Both the position numbers and the translations under genes were made by a program. Below the pieces are notes generated by a model. That model saw only the letters and a list, made by a program, of their open reading frames with translations. It had not been told where the DNA came from and searched no databases. A stretch of DNA of 64,000 bases from a virus. Shown in pieces: positions 8,955-18,282 of the stretch (position 1 is the stretch's first letter; each line of letters begins with the position of its first letter). Location of the stretch: positions 28,408 through 92,407 of IMG/VR virus record IMGVR_UViG_3300023179_000054, one strand, 5' to 3'.

Positions 8955-9560
8955 TTATGCAAAGTTACCAGAAACACTTATTCTATATTCATCACTTGTA
9001 TAAAATGGATTCACAAAATGCCGCATTTTAGCAGGAAAGAATATAAGTTTATTTTCATATGTTTTATCAGCAGGAATAGGATGCCTTTGTATTTCACCTA
9101 AAGCATCTGTATATTGAAAGCAAAAGTTAGCAGTAATGTTTTCACCTGGATTAATGTGAGGGAATGTTTTATATTCTTCTTGTATATAGTATGGCACTCT
9201 TAACCATAAAGCAAAACTAAAAACACCTAAATGATGATGTACCGGATTAAACTCATGTTTCTTTTGATAGTTAACCCAAACATTCTCTAAAAAATATCCA
9301 TCATCTTTACAAATAAGATGTGGAAATATTTTCTTATATTCATATACTAATGGAAGTAAAAGATTTTCTATATGAGATTTACATTTAAATAAGTAATACT
9401 CATTATTGAGATGGCCAGCCAGACCTTGATTAAATCTGGCGGCCTTATCAAAATTTTTATATACTTCCTTAACCTCTTCAACAATTGGTTTAACATCATC
9501 GTCATATAAATCAACAGATAGAAAACCTAAATTGCTAAAGTGTTGACTACTTACTTCCAT
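8955..9560 (-). CDS. putative 2OG-Fe(II) oxygenase, paralog of 7762-8397
   Basis: WVNYQKKHEFNPVHHH, H.V.PF and RISVSGN. Confidence 0.75.
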   Translation of the reverse strand: MEVSSQHFSNLGFLSVDLYDDDVKPIVEEVKEVYKNFDKAARFNQGLAGHLNNEYYLFKCKSHIENLLLPLVYEYKKIFPHLICKDDGYFLENVWVNYQKKHEFNPVHHHLGVFSFALWLRVPYYIQEEYKTFPHINPGENITANFCFQYTDALGEIQRHPIPADKTYENKLIFFPAKMRHFVNPFYTSDEYRISVSGNFA

Positions 9561-10530
9561 TCAAAGCATCCCTAATACAAAGACGGAGACTATCATCAAC
9601 CTTCATCTTTGCTTCCCAACCAAGGAGTTCTTTAGCCTTATCAACATTAGGAACACGATAGCGAACATCGTTCTTATATGCTGGTTTATGAGCAAAGGTC
9701 ATAGCAGCATCAAAGGTACAACCAAACTCATTAGCAGCAATCGATCTAATCTTCCTTGCTAACTCAAGCATAGTAATCGGTTCATGATTACCTAGATTAA
9801 ACGCATGACCGTTTGTCTTAGAGGAAAATGAATGTGTAGCAATTGCCTCTGCTACCTCGTCAATCCATGTGAAGCAACGGATTTGTTCACCATCACCTAA
9901 CATAGGAATAACATTAGAACGTTTAACAATAATCTCGTTCATAAAGTCAGCAAAAACATGAGAAACACCTTGTGTACCTTCTGACTTTTCATATGGAGTT
10001 AGAATGTTAAATGGACGCCAAATGGTATAAGCAACACCATATTGCTTCTCAAAAGCAATAGACATCTTTTCACCAACATACTTTGATAAACCATATTCCG
10101 TGTAAGGAGCAATTACAGTATCAACATCATCTTCCTTAACTTCACCTTGGCAGTTCTCATATACCATAGATGATGATGTATAAACAACCTTAGGTACATG
10201 GTTATCAACTGCGGCCTTGAGGACATTATTGTGTAGTGCTAAATCTTCACCAAGGATATCGGCACAATACATATTGAAACCACCAACACCATAAATACGT
10301 GCCGCAGCCTGAATGATTAGGTCTGGTTTAACATCCTTCACAAGAGCATTAACTGATGGACGATCTGTGAGGTCGGCCTTGCGAAACTCATATCCTTGTC
10401 CGGCAATACCAAGACGTTCACCATAACGGCAAAGATTATCCACACCATATACAGCATGGCCATCTCTAAGCAGTTTTGGAATAACTGCCTGCATCAAAGA
10501 ACCTTCGCTTCCGCATACTAATACTTTCAT
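9547..10530 (-). CDS. NAD-dependent nucleotide-sugar epimerase/dehydratase (extended SDR)
   Basis: degenerate GSEGSL nucleotide-binding loop, SSSMVY, YGLSK, RPFN and GDGEQIRCF. Confidence 0.85.
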   Translation of the reverse strand: MKVLVCGSEGSLMQAVIPKLLRDGHAVYGVDNLCRYGERLGIAGQGYEFRKADLTDRPSVNALVKDVKPDLIIQAAARIYGVGGFNMYCADILGEDLALHNNVLKAAVDNHVPKVVYTSSSMVYENCQGEVKEDDVDTVIAPYTEYGLSKYVGEKMSIAFEKQYGVAYTIWRPFNILTPYEKSEGTQGVSHVFADFMNEIIVKRSNVIPMLGDGEQIRCFTWIDEVAEAIATHSFSSKTNGHAFNLGNHEPITMLELARKIRSIAANEFGCTFDAAMTFAHKPAYKNDVRYRVPNVDKAKELLGWEAKMKVDDSLRLCIRDALNGSK

Positions 10531-11762
10531 TTCACATCTCCAACTTTATAAATCCCTGTATTACTTAGTTTGCTTTCTGGGAACATCTTCCAGAGGTCAG
10601 CAACAATACATCCTTCTCTAAACATATCTAATTTACAATAATCAGCAAATACTGTATGTGGTGTCATAACAATAACCGCATCATAGTCCTGAAATGCTGG
10701 TGGGGTTTCTCCAGCAATATAATAAGGGTCAACCATCCATGCTTTTACACCATGCTTCTTACAAACCTTTTTCATTTTAAAGGCGAGAGAGTTGCGAGTA
10801 TCATCACAATCCTTCTTAAATGTGGCACCAAGAATAAGGACTTTCTTTATACTTTTATTAATAACTTTAATACGATTAAAGATATAGTCAGGCATACCTT
10901 CGTTAATAAGAAAGCTAGTGTTAATAAGATCGCCAAAGGGAATGTCAGACAACAAGAAACGGCCGTCTTTGAAGAGGCAAGGACCTCCAACATTAGGTCC
11001 TGGATGAGGCACATCCATTCGTGGATAATCGTAATTACATGCATCGATAACTTTGTCAATATTAATGCCATGTTTTTCTCCAATCATCCAAAACTCATTA
11101 GCAAAGGCAAATGAAACATAACGATACATATTAGTCATTAGTTTACCAATCTCAACCTCTCTTGGTGTAAGATGAAATACTTTATTACTAATGAATGTAT
11201 TAAAGAATAGTGAGGCCTGTAAATAGGAATCATCAGAAAAGGCACCAACTAATTGTGGCAGACTGGAGATTTCTGTAATACTTTTACCTTGAACGACACG
11301 TTCTGGTGCAAATACAAGATGATAATCTTTACCTTCTATCCAACCATGATTATCTTCAATATGGTCTCTAATAACCTCTGTTGTTCCTGGTGATACTGTA
11401 GAACGAAGGACAATTAATTGTCCTTTCTTCATACGAGGAATAAGAGTATCGTCAACAAAATTAAAAAGATCATCCAATCGGGCATTACCTTCTCCATCTA
11501 CTGGCGTGCCAATCATAATGGCAATAACATCAGAGTCCTTAATAGGATCGAATCCAGTAGTGAATATAACTGATTTATTGCCAAGGCACTTATCTAATAG
11601 TCCTTTAGCATCTTCTTCAACATAAGGCACGTTGCCTTCATTTAGTTGTCTTACAATATCTTCATTAACATCAATACCATAAACTGTATGTCCGGCATTC
11701 GCAATAACTAATGAAAGAGGGAATCCAACGTGGCCGCCGGCACCAATAACAGAAACAATCAT
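10527..11762 (-). CDS. nucleotide-sugar 6-dehydrogenase (WecC/WbpA/Ugd family)
   Basis: GGHVG, RSTVSPGT, PERV, K...N..R, GPNVGGPCL (catalytic Cys) and FK..CDD.RNS. Confidence 0.9.
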   Translation of the reverse strand: MIVSVIGAGGHVGFPLSLVIANAGHTVYGIDVNEDIVRQLNEGNVPYVEEDAKGLLDKCLGNKSVIFTTGFDPIKDSDVIAIMIGTPVDGEGNARLDDLFNFVDDTLIPRMKKGQLIVLRSTVSPGTTEVIRDHIEDNHGWIEGKDYHLVFAPERVVQGKSITEISSLPQLVGAFSDDSYLQASLFFNTFISNKVFHLTPREVEIGKLMTNMYRYVSFAFANEFWMIGEKHGINIDKVIDACNYDYPRMDVPHPGPNVGGPCLFKDGRFLLSDIPFGDLINTSFLINEGMPDYIFNRIKVINKSIKKVLILGATFKKDCDDTRNSLAFKMKKVCKKHGVKAWMVDPYYIAGETPPAFQDYDAVIVMTPHTVFADYCKLDMFREGCIVADLWKMFPESKLSNTGIYKVGDVK

Positions 11763-12700
11763 CTTAAAGTCTCCAATAAAACATCTTCTATATCATTACA
11801 AGTATCTTGTATAGTATGATTACACATAACATAATTATAAGCATCATCAATCTTTTTATCATTCCGTTTATGTTTACGGAGCAATTCCATTAATTCTTCT
11901 TCGTCATTATATGTGGTGCCATAATAGCACATATCTTTCGCACCGGCAATATCTCTTGCGTACCAAGGCACTTTATTCATCATAGATTCTAAAAGGACAA
12001 GTCCGAAACCTTCCTCATAAGAGTTCATAATATAAGCATCTGCGGCACTAATAGAAAGTAATACCTCTGTCTTGTCTTTACCAAAGAAACATTTTACATT
12101 ATTTGTTTCCTTTGGCATCAAATGTTCTTCACCATATCCATATAAATGAAGTTCGGCATTAGAAATCTTTGCTTTTGTAAATGCGTCTGCTAACGGTGCC
12201 ATAGCCTTGTGCGGCCAAAATCCACCTGCGGAAACAAATATTTTTTTGCCTGTTAAGTTTGCTCTTTGATATTTGTGAGGAACAATACCATGTCGAACAC
12301 GGCGACCTTTATCAATAACATTCCATTTTTTAAGGTGTTCGATATCCATAGATGTAGAATAACCAAGATAAGGATGATACTGTAGTCCTAATTTACAAAC
12401 ATCACTATCACTTGGTTTGATTATTAGATAAAGAACAGGAGACCTAATCTTATTACCATTAAAATGAATAATGTTTTGATAATAGACATCACCACCATGG
12501 ACGATAATAAGATCCCACTTTTCATTTAGTATCTGATAATCTTTATTGACCTTTACACCATTATAATCACCTTGGTGCGTCTCTGCCAATACGGTAATGT
12601 CATGACCTCTTTTAAGCATCTCTTCGGCCATGTTCTGCACATAATACTCACTACCGCCAGGATAAGGTGCGTAGCGGTGAACCACAAACAATAATCTCAT
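11759..12700 (-). CDS. GT4 glycosyltransferase
   Basis: HRYAPYPGGSE N-terminus and EGFGLVLLESM motif. Confidence 0.85.
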   Translation of the reverse strand: MRLLFVVHRYAPYPGGSEYYVQNMAEEMLKRGHDITVLAETHQGDYNGVKVNKDYQILNEKWDLIIVHGGDVYYQNIIHFNGNKIRSPVLYLIIKPSDSDVCKLGLQYHPYLGYSTSMDIEHLKKWNVIDKGRRVRHGIVPHKYQRANLTGKKIFVSAGGFWPHKAMAPLADAFTKAKISNAELHLYGYGEEHLMPKETNNVKCFFGKDKTEVLLSISAADAYIMNSYEEGFGLVLLESMMNKVPWYARDIAGAKDMCYYGTTYNDEEELMELLRKHKRNDKKIDDAYNYVMCNHTIQDTCNDIEDVLLETLR

Positions 12701-13584
12701 TATCCCTCCATAACAAACTTATCCCACCATTCATAAAGGTTGTGTAAGTCCGTATATTCATTAGGTATATCATTTTTAAAAGCAGGACGTTCTATAATAT
12801 CCAAGTATTCCTGTTTACCAGCAGGTGAATCCAGATGTTCTACATATTTAACAACATCATTTAGTGTCTTAAAATTATGGCAATTGATGAAGGCACTTGT
12901 ATTGAAATCACGGTCAACCGTTGGTGATCCCCAATATATAGGCATCGTTTTTACTTGTAAAGCATTAAACAATTTTTCGGTTGTATAACCAGGATAAGAA
13001 CCATTCTCAAAACAAATATTAAAACGATAGTTATTAAGGAAGTCTAACTTATATTGTAGTTTATCCCTAGGAAGAACCTCACCCATATTGTTTAGATGTG
13101 GACCAGCCGAGTCAACATGTTTATATGTGTTAGTTAATCCAAACATGGCGTTTCGCATTTCTTGTCGAGGATTAGAAACAACAAAGGAACAAAACTTTCT
13201 TGTATCATAATCCTTTTCATAATCATGTTTAAGACCAACTAATTGGTAATAATTGTCCGTCCATTTTTCCACTACTGCACCATACATATCGATAACATAT
13301 AGTGGCAAACGGTAATGCTTTGGACTATTCTCATGGTCGAATGTCATGGCAGCAAAACATTCATCATAGTTTGGCCTTACATTCTCACCTGTATAGAAAA
13401 TCTTTTTAACATTACTACCATACTGGCGATGTGATTGACCGAAGTTTCCATCACCATATATAAGATACTCTGGGTTATCATTTGTTATAATGATGTCGTA
13501 ATACTTACCCAGAGTATGTGTAAAGAAATTTATTGCCGTTGTGAATGTATCGGCAAAACCAATACGAAGGTTCTTGCGGGTCAT
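12700..13584 (-). CDS. GT10 alpha-1,3-fucosyltransferase-like protein
   Basis: TGENVRP, FCSFVVSN, FNICFEN..PGYTTEKL and PIYWG. Confidence 0.88.
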   Translation of the reverse strand: MTRKNLRIGFADTFTTAINFFTHTLGKYYDIIITNDNPEYLIYGDGNFGQSHRQYGSNVKKIFYTGENVRPNYDECFAAMTFDHENSPKHYRLPLYVIDMYGAVVEKWTDNYYQLVGLKHDYEKDYDTRKFCSFVVSNPRQEMRNAMFGLTNTYKHVDSAGPHLNNMGEVLPRDKLQYKLDFLNNYRFNICFENGSYPGYTTEKLFNALQVKTMPIYWGSPTVDRDFNTSAFINCHNFKTLNDVVKYVEHLDSPAGKQEYLDIIERPAFKNDIPNEYTDLHNLYEWWDKFVMEG

Positions 13585-14180
13585 TACTTATACCAGAAGA
13601 AAGCGGAATTTGTAGATAGATTAATTGGTGCTGTGATACTATAATCATTACGAAATTCATTTACAGCCCGACTTACTGCCTCGATAGAAGAATAATCATG
13701 GCCACAGAATAGTCCACCCTTCTTCAATAAAGGATAATACTTTTCACAGTCCATATATGTTGCTCCATATGAATGGTCGCCATCAACAAAGATAAAATCA
13801 AACTCTTCTTTATCGGTAATAGACTTAATCTTATCAGCAGCATCCTCGGATGTTTCTCTAATCATCTCTACTCGATCACCATATTGTTTTAGGTTCTCTT
13901 GTGCGATCATCATAAACTTATCAATAACTTTTTGTGTAATCTCACCATTCCAATCATCATAAGCCTTGTATGGGTCAATCGTGTATAGTTTAATAATGTT
14001 AGGGCATTTATCTAATAGAAATGCGGTTGACTCGGCACGGCAAGTGCCAATCTCTAAACCTACAACATTCTCACCAAGTCTTTTAACATAAGGTGCCAGT
14101 CCTTTTACTGATACCCAATCATAAGGCCATTTATCACCAAGTTCTTTAATCGTCATAAAATCTTCATCAGTCAAAGCCAT
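13584..14180 (-). CDS. class I SAM methyltransferase (Methyltransf_24-like)
   Basis: LEIG, FDFIFVDGDHSY and GG..CGHDY. Confidence 0.85.
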   Translation of the reverse strand: MALTDEDFMTIKELGDKWPYDWVSVKGLAPYVKRLGENVVGLEIGTCRAESTAFLLDKCPNIIKLYTIDPYKAYDDWNGEITQKVIDKFMMIAQENLKQYGDRVEMIRETSEDAADKIKSITDKEEFDFIFVDGDHSYGATYMDCEKYYPLLKKGGLFCGHDYSSIEAVSRAVNEFRNDYSITAPINLSTNSAFFWYK

Positions 14181-14182
14181 CT

Positions 14183-15082
14183 TTAATCTCCAAACTTATT
14201 TGTAAATAATTCTTTCCACTCAGGCACACGGTCCCACTGGTGTATTACCGATACTTTATTTCCGTTTGCGTAAACTTCATTATTGATTACATTATATTCT
14301 ATTTTACTCACAAATGGCAAGTCAATATTAGGATTTGCTCTATATGCTTCACCAATACCACCTGAACCGGCCTGAATAGCAGGCAGAGATGTGCCAGCAT
14401 GAACAACCCAAGCATCGGAAGGATTTGTAAATTTAGTTGATAATGAATATACTTCCGATTGTAGAAGGACATTTAGTGCGGCTTGGTCTGGACCACCGCC
14501 GCCTGGAACATGTGGATTTAGTCCACGACAAATCAACCAGACATTAAGTGCCAAGTCTTTCATAGCATTTCTTGAACCGGCAATAACACCAGCACAATAG
14601 ATTTCATTATCACCATATGTTTCAAGGAAATACTGACCGAAAGCCTGCTGTAAATTATTTCTTCCCCATGGTTCATCTTTATACTTTAGATTTTCCGAAC
14701 CAACAAGAATATTTCCAAAAAAGTTTTTGTCTAACCATTTAGATGGATCGTCCTGAAAGATAACATCTCTAACATCGGTCATAATAACATTTTTGACCGG
14801 TTCACTTAATAGATTTAGAAAACTATAAAGATGGAAGAAGCGGTCAACCATAACAGAACCACGAGAATTATCATGAGAGAATCCAGTTTTTTCATCATAT
14901 TGATTACAACCAATCAACATAAATCCTTCGGCAGTAAGTTTTCTTACCGTCTCGGCATCCATGTTATAAACAATAAGTGCCTTGTGTCCAGTAAAACCAG
15001 ACTTTTTGATAGAGTTGGCCCAGTGTTGTATCTGTTCCCATCTATATCTATCAACTACACCTACAACTATATCTTTGTCCAT
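14183..15082 (-). CDS. putative GT-A glycosyltransferase
   Basis: TDVRDVIFQ, DQAALN and HQWDR; lies within the glycan cluster. Confidence 0.65.
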   Translation of the reverse strand: MDKDIVVGVVDRYRWEQIQHWANSIKKSGFTGHKALIVYNMDAETVRKLTAEGFMLIGCNQYDEKTGFSHDNSRGSVMVDRFFHLYSFLNLLSEPVKNVIMTDVRDVIFQDDPSKWLDKNFFGNILVGSENLKYKDEPWGRNNLQQAFGQYFLETYGDNEIYCAGVIAGSRNAMKDLALNVWLICRGLNPHVPGGGGPDQAALNVLLQSEVYSLSTKFTNPSDAWVVHAGTSLPAIQAGSGGIGEAYRANPNIDLPFVSKIEYNVINNEVYANGNKVSVIHQWDRVPEWKELFTNKFGD

Positions 15083-15834
15083 GGATATTTCCCTTCATAA
15101 TATTGTTCTTGTGTTCTATTACCTGCCTCGAAAAACTCTTTTGTTACTGAATTAGGATTACCATCTAAACGGTAGCAAAGTGTATGCTTACCATTTGTAT
15201 CATACTTAGCATATTGTTTAACAGAATAAAAATACTGGCGATCACCACCCCAACCGGCGTGCCAGAAATGGCATGTCTTTTGTATGAACTCTCTCTTCCA
15301 ACAAAATGATGATGTGTCAATTAAGAACTGTTCACCATGAGGAGAGCGGCGTGACATGAATATTGGCCATTTGCCGAGGCTTTCACAATTATCATCGGTA
15401 ATATACTTTCCTTCTGGCGAGTATATCTTACGGAGTGAGAAAGAGAAATCCAAGTTTTTACTCTCGGCAGTCTGCACAAGGGTCTCAACGTGATCACTTT
15501 CATACCAATTGTCCTCATCAAGAAACATAATATAATCGGAATTTAATAGATGTGGCATAGCAGCATAGATACGATGACCATAAAAATCACCGCCTGTTTT
15601 GCCTGTATTTTCTGGAAGAATAAGAACTTTTACTTTATCTTTTGGTGGTAAACCAACTTGTTCAAATACACCGTTGACAAATTCTTTACCATCAACTACA
15701 ATAAGGTGTTTAATGTGTTTATAGGTTTGTTTCTCAACACTATCTAAGGCATCTTTTAGTTTTGGTGAACCAATAGTGGGGGTTATGACCGTGACGGTCT
15801 TAGGTTTGGAAGTATCTTCAATCACAAGTTTCAT
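15067..15834 (-). CDS. GT2 glycosyltransferase
   Basis: VITPT, VVDG and FLDEDN (DxD). Confidence 0.85.
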   Translation of the reverse strand: MKLVIEDTSKPKTVTVITPTIGSPKLKDALDSVEKQTYKHIKHLIVVDGKEFVNGVFEQVGLPPKDKVKVLILPENTGKTGGDFYGHRIYAAMPHLLNSDYIMFLDEDNWYESDHVETLVQTAESKNLDFSFSLRKIYSPEGKYITDDNCESLGKWPIFMSRRSPHGEQFLIDTSSFCWKREFIQKTCHFWHAGWGGDRQYFYSVKQYAKYDTNGKHTLCYRLDGNPNSVTKEFFEAGNRTQEQYYEGKYPWTKI

Positions 15835-15849
15835 GATATAATCCTAAAG

Positions 15850-15881
15850 AGGAGCGGGGCTTGATATCAGAGGCCCCGCCC
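15850..15881 (-). terminator. probable intrinsic terminator after hsp20
   Basis: GCGGGGC/GCCCCGC stem followed by a short pyrimidine tract on the minus strand. Confidence 0.6.
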
Positions 15882-15890
15882 ATGTTATGT

Positions 15891-16430
15891 TTATTTAGGT
15901 GTCATAGTATCAGCGATTTTCTGTAGTCCCTGAGTCCACGCTTTTGTGCCCTCCGTGAGGAGTTGCTTGGTCGTTTCCTGAACACCGAACGGATCCAAGA
16001 TGTCGATTTTCTTGGCCTTCTTTTCTTCCGGAATAAAACGTTCAAGAGCGATTTTAAGTAGACCATTTGCCAACTCCGCGTTCTTTACAACTACAGTATC
16101 CGCAAGGGTAAACTTTCGTGTAAAGGCACGGTTAGCAATACCTTGATAGAGATAATCTTTCTCATCGGCATCTAAACTACCAGAAATTGAAAGAGTATCG
16201 TCCTTTATTTCAATATCAAGATTATGCTTGCCGAAACCAGCAACAGCCATCTCAATAACGAAATGCTCATCGTCAATCTTTTTAATATTATATGGAGGAT
16301 AAGATGGAATCTTTGGCATGGTCTCTGCTGCTTCACGGATTCTCTCCAGAACGGTGTCGAATCCAATTAGTTGTTTAGCAAGACCTGTAGGAATACCAAA
16401 GTTATCTGTGTTAAATTTATAGCTTGTCAT
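15891..16430 (-). CDS. hsp20: small heat-shock protein Hsp20 (IbpA-like)
   Basis: YPPYNI, IEMAVAGF, YQGIA.RAF.R.F.L and A.L.NGLL.I.L. Confidence 0.95.
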   Translation of the reverse strand: MTSYKFNTDNFGIPTGLAKQLIGFDTVLERIREAAETMPKIPSYPPYNIKKIDDEHFVIEMAVAGFGKHNLDIEIKDDTLSISGSLDADEKDYLYQGIANRAFTRKFTLADTVVVKNAELANGLLKIALERFIPEEKKAKKIDILDPFGVQETTKQLLTEGTKAWTQGLQKIADTMTPK

Positions 16431-16483
16431 GTTTGTCTCCTTTTAAGCGAGATATAAAAACGATACCTTTCGGCTATCGTCAT
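16431..16483 (-). promoter_or_regulatory. ROSE-like RNA thermometer in the hsp20 5' UTR
   Basis: minus strand ACGATAGCCGAAAGGTATCGT hairpin, then UCUC-G-CU-UAAA-AG-GAGA pairing over the SD with a bulged G. Confidence 0.65.
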
Positions 16484-16486
16484 AAC

Positions 16487-16516
16487 ATTATATAGTAATT
16501 GTCATACGTTTGTCAA
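16487..16516 (-). promoter_or_regulatory. sigma70-type promoter of hsp20 (TTGACA-18-TATAAT)
   Basis: consensus hexamers read directly. Confidence 0.65.
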
Positions 16517-16917
16517 CCTATTCTCCAGTTTGTACCATCAGAATATACAGGTGTTGAACCACCTCCACCACCGGATACGATACCTCCGTAATTACTGGAA
16601 ATATTTCCATTAGCATCCGCTACAGTCATGTTAGAACAATCTACAATAAATGCCCTTGTTCCTCGACCAACGCCAGATGCGGAAGGTAATCCTGATGCCA
16701 AATAATTATTGGTATAAAGTGTATTAGTATTTAATGAAACACAATAAACTTTACCATTAGCATCAACACTAAATTCGGAAGTTCCATTTACACTAAGATT
16801 AATAAGTCTTGAATTTGTATTAGCACCAAAAGGAGCAGCCACATTCATTCCAATACCTGTATAGGCATTACCTGTGTCAACCCATGATGCTGTTAGATTT
16901 GCTATTGATACTGTCAT
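16513..16917 (-). CDS. putative virion structural protein
   Basis: Gly/Ser/Asn-rich; C-terminal LPSA...G.RAF..D...PVYSDGTNWRIG resembles phage fibre C-termini. Confidence 0.55.
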   Translation of the reverse strand: MTVSIANLTASWVDTGNAYTGIGMNVAAPFGANTNSRLINLSVNGTSEFSVDANGKVYCVSLNTNTLYTNNYLASGLPSASGVGRGTRAFIVDCSNMTVADANGNISSNYGGIVSGGGGGSTPVYSDGTNWRIG

Positions 16918-17609
16918 AATGTCACCACTGATGCTGTTAGGTTCATAGTTGGATAATAATCTTCGTATGTTTGTAAAGTAATATAATCACCTGTATCCGT
17001 TACAATAGCATTAGTAACATCGGATAATGCTGGATAAGCATCCAATCGGCTATCAACATACACAACGGTTGTATATGTATATCCTGATGTTTGTCCTACT
17101 AATGTTTGACCCGGTGATACAGAAACTCCTGATGTTAGATTGCCGATAGTTGCTACTGCGGCACCTCCACCAACTTGAGTGAAACTCATTACGGTGCCCA
17201 TAATCTGTTGTCCTATGGCAACCAACTCACCAACTTGTAAAGCACCAAATCCACCACCCATTAAGTTTTGCATGATACCAAGTCCGGCAGCCATACTACC
17301 TTGACCTATTCTAACATTAGGTGAACCACCAATTGGAATAGGAAACCCTTGAACATGAGGTATAATACCTAAAACGTCAGGTGCTGCTTGACTTATAATA
17401 GCAGGAATGGCAGGTATGCCACCAATCATTACATTATGAGATAAAACATTAATAAGCATACCCAAAAGATTATGGGTATCTCTATCACCTTCTAATGCTG
17501 GTACCAGATTATTGATAAGAACTTTTGTCGGTACACCTAATCCAGGCACGGTGATACCACCACACATTCTTAATCCAAATTGTGCTACAAGGTGAATTGG
17601 AAAAGTCAT
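16914..17609 (-). CDS. PAAR-like (gp5.4-like) spike-tip protein with C-terminal extension
   Basis: RMCGG.T, VLINN..A.EGD..H, NVMIGG, PH and GSPNVRIG repeat pattern. Confidence 0.55.
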   Translation of the reverse strand: MTFPIHLVAQFGLRMCGGITVPGLGVPTKVLINNLVPALEGDRDTHNLLGMLINVLSHNVMIGGIPAIPAIISQAAPDVLGIIPHVQGFPIPIGGSPNVRIGQGSMAAGLGIMQNLMGGGFGALQVGELVAIGQQIMGTVMSFTQVGGGAAVATIGNLTSGVSVSPGQTLVGQTSGYTYTTVVYVDSRLDAYPALSDVTNAIVTDTGDYITLQTYEDYYPTMNLTASVVTL

Positions 17610-18268
17610 GCTTTACTTTTTCCTGTTTTCTTAGTTGGCACCTTAGGCGGCGCCTTTGGTGGAAGTTTAGGTGGCAATTTAGCAGAAGGTTTAGTCTTAC
17701 GATATGAAACCATCTCTTTCATATCTTTATTCTCTGGTACATTAATAATAATGGTTGAACCTTCGGAAGAAACACCTGTTGAACCCATACCACCTGTGCG
17801 GTTAGTCTTTACACCAGGTCTTGCTGCGGATTCTACGATAGAATACTTAACGTACTCGACCAATTCGGCCTGTGCGATACGGTCACCACTACTGATAACA
17901 ATCTGGTTCTGTGAGATGTTATGAACCAGAACCATTACCTCTTGAACGTAATCGGAATCAATAACACCTTCAGCATTAGCAAGAACGAGGCCTTGCTTTA
18001 AAGACATGCCTGAGCGGGCGTGGAGGCGCACGGAGTATCCCTCCGGAATATCCATGATGATACCAGTAGGAACAGCAATACGGTCTCCAGGTTGAATAAC
18101 AATCTGGTTATTCATAGGTCTTTTAAAGGGCTTATTAGTTGCTGTAAAACCTTCGTATGTGTTATTATTATAACCTTGGAAGGACAAGTCGAAGCAAGCC
18201 GATTGTGCGGTTTGTTTTACAGGAAGTTTAACCTGAGGATGTAATCTAAAAAGTTTCAACGTAGTCAT
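17606..18268 (-). CDS. dut: trimeric dUTPase with Lys/Pro-rich tail
   Basis: ACFDL, ARSG, GVIDSDY, GDRIAQ and RTGGMGSTG motifs. Confidence 0.93.
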   Translation of the reverse strand: MTTLKLFRLHPQVKLPVKQTAQSACFDLSFQGYNNNTYEGFTATNKPFKRPMNNQIVIQPGDRIAVPTGIIMDIPEGYSVRLHARSGMSLKQGLVLANAEGVIDSDYVQEVMVLVHNISQNQIVISSGDRIAQAELVEYVKYSIVESAARPGVKTNRTGGMGSTGVSSEGSTIIINVPENKDMKEMVSYRKTKPSAKLPPKLPPKAPPKVPTKKTGKSKA

Positions 18269-18282
18269 AATATACTCACTTT

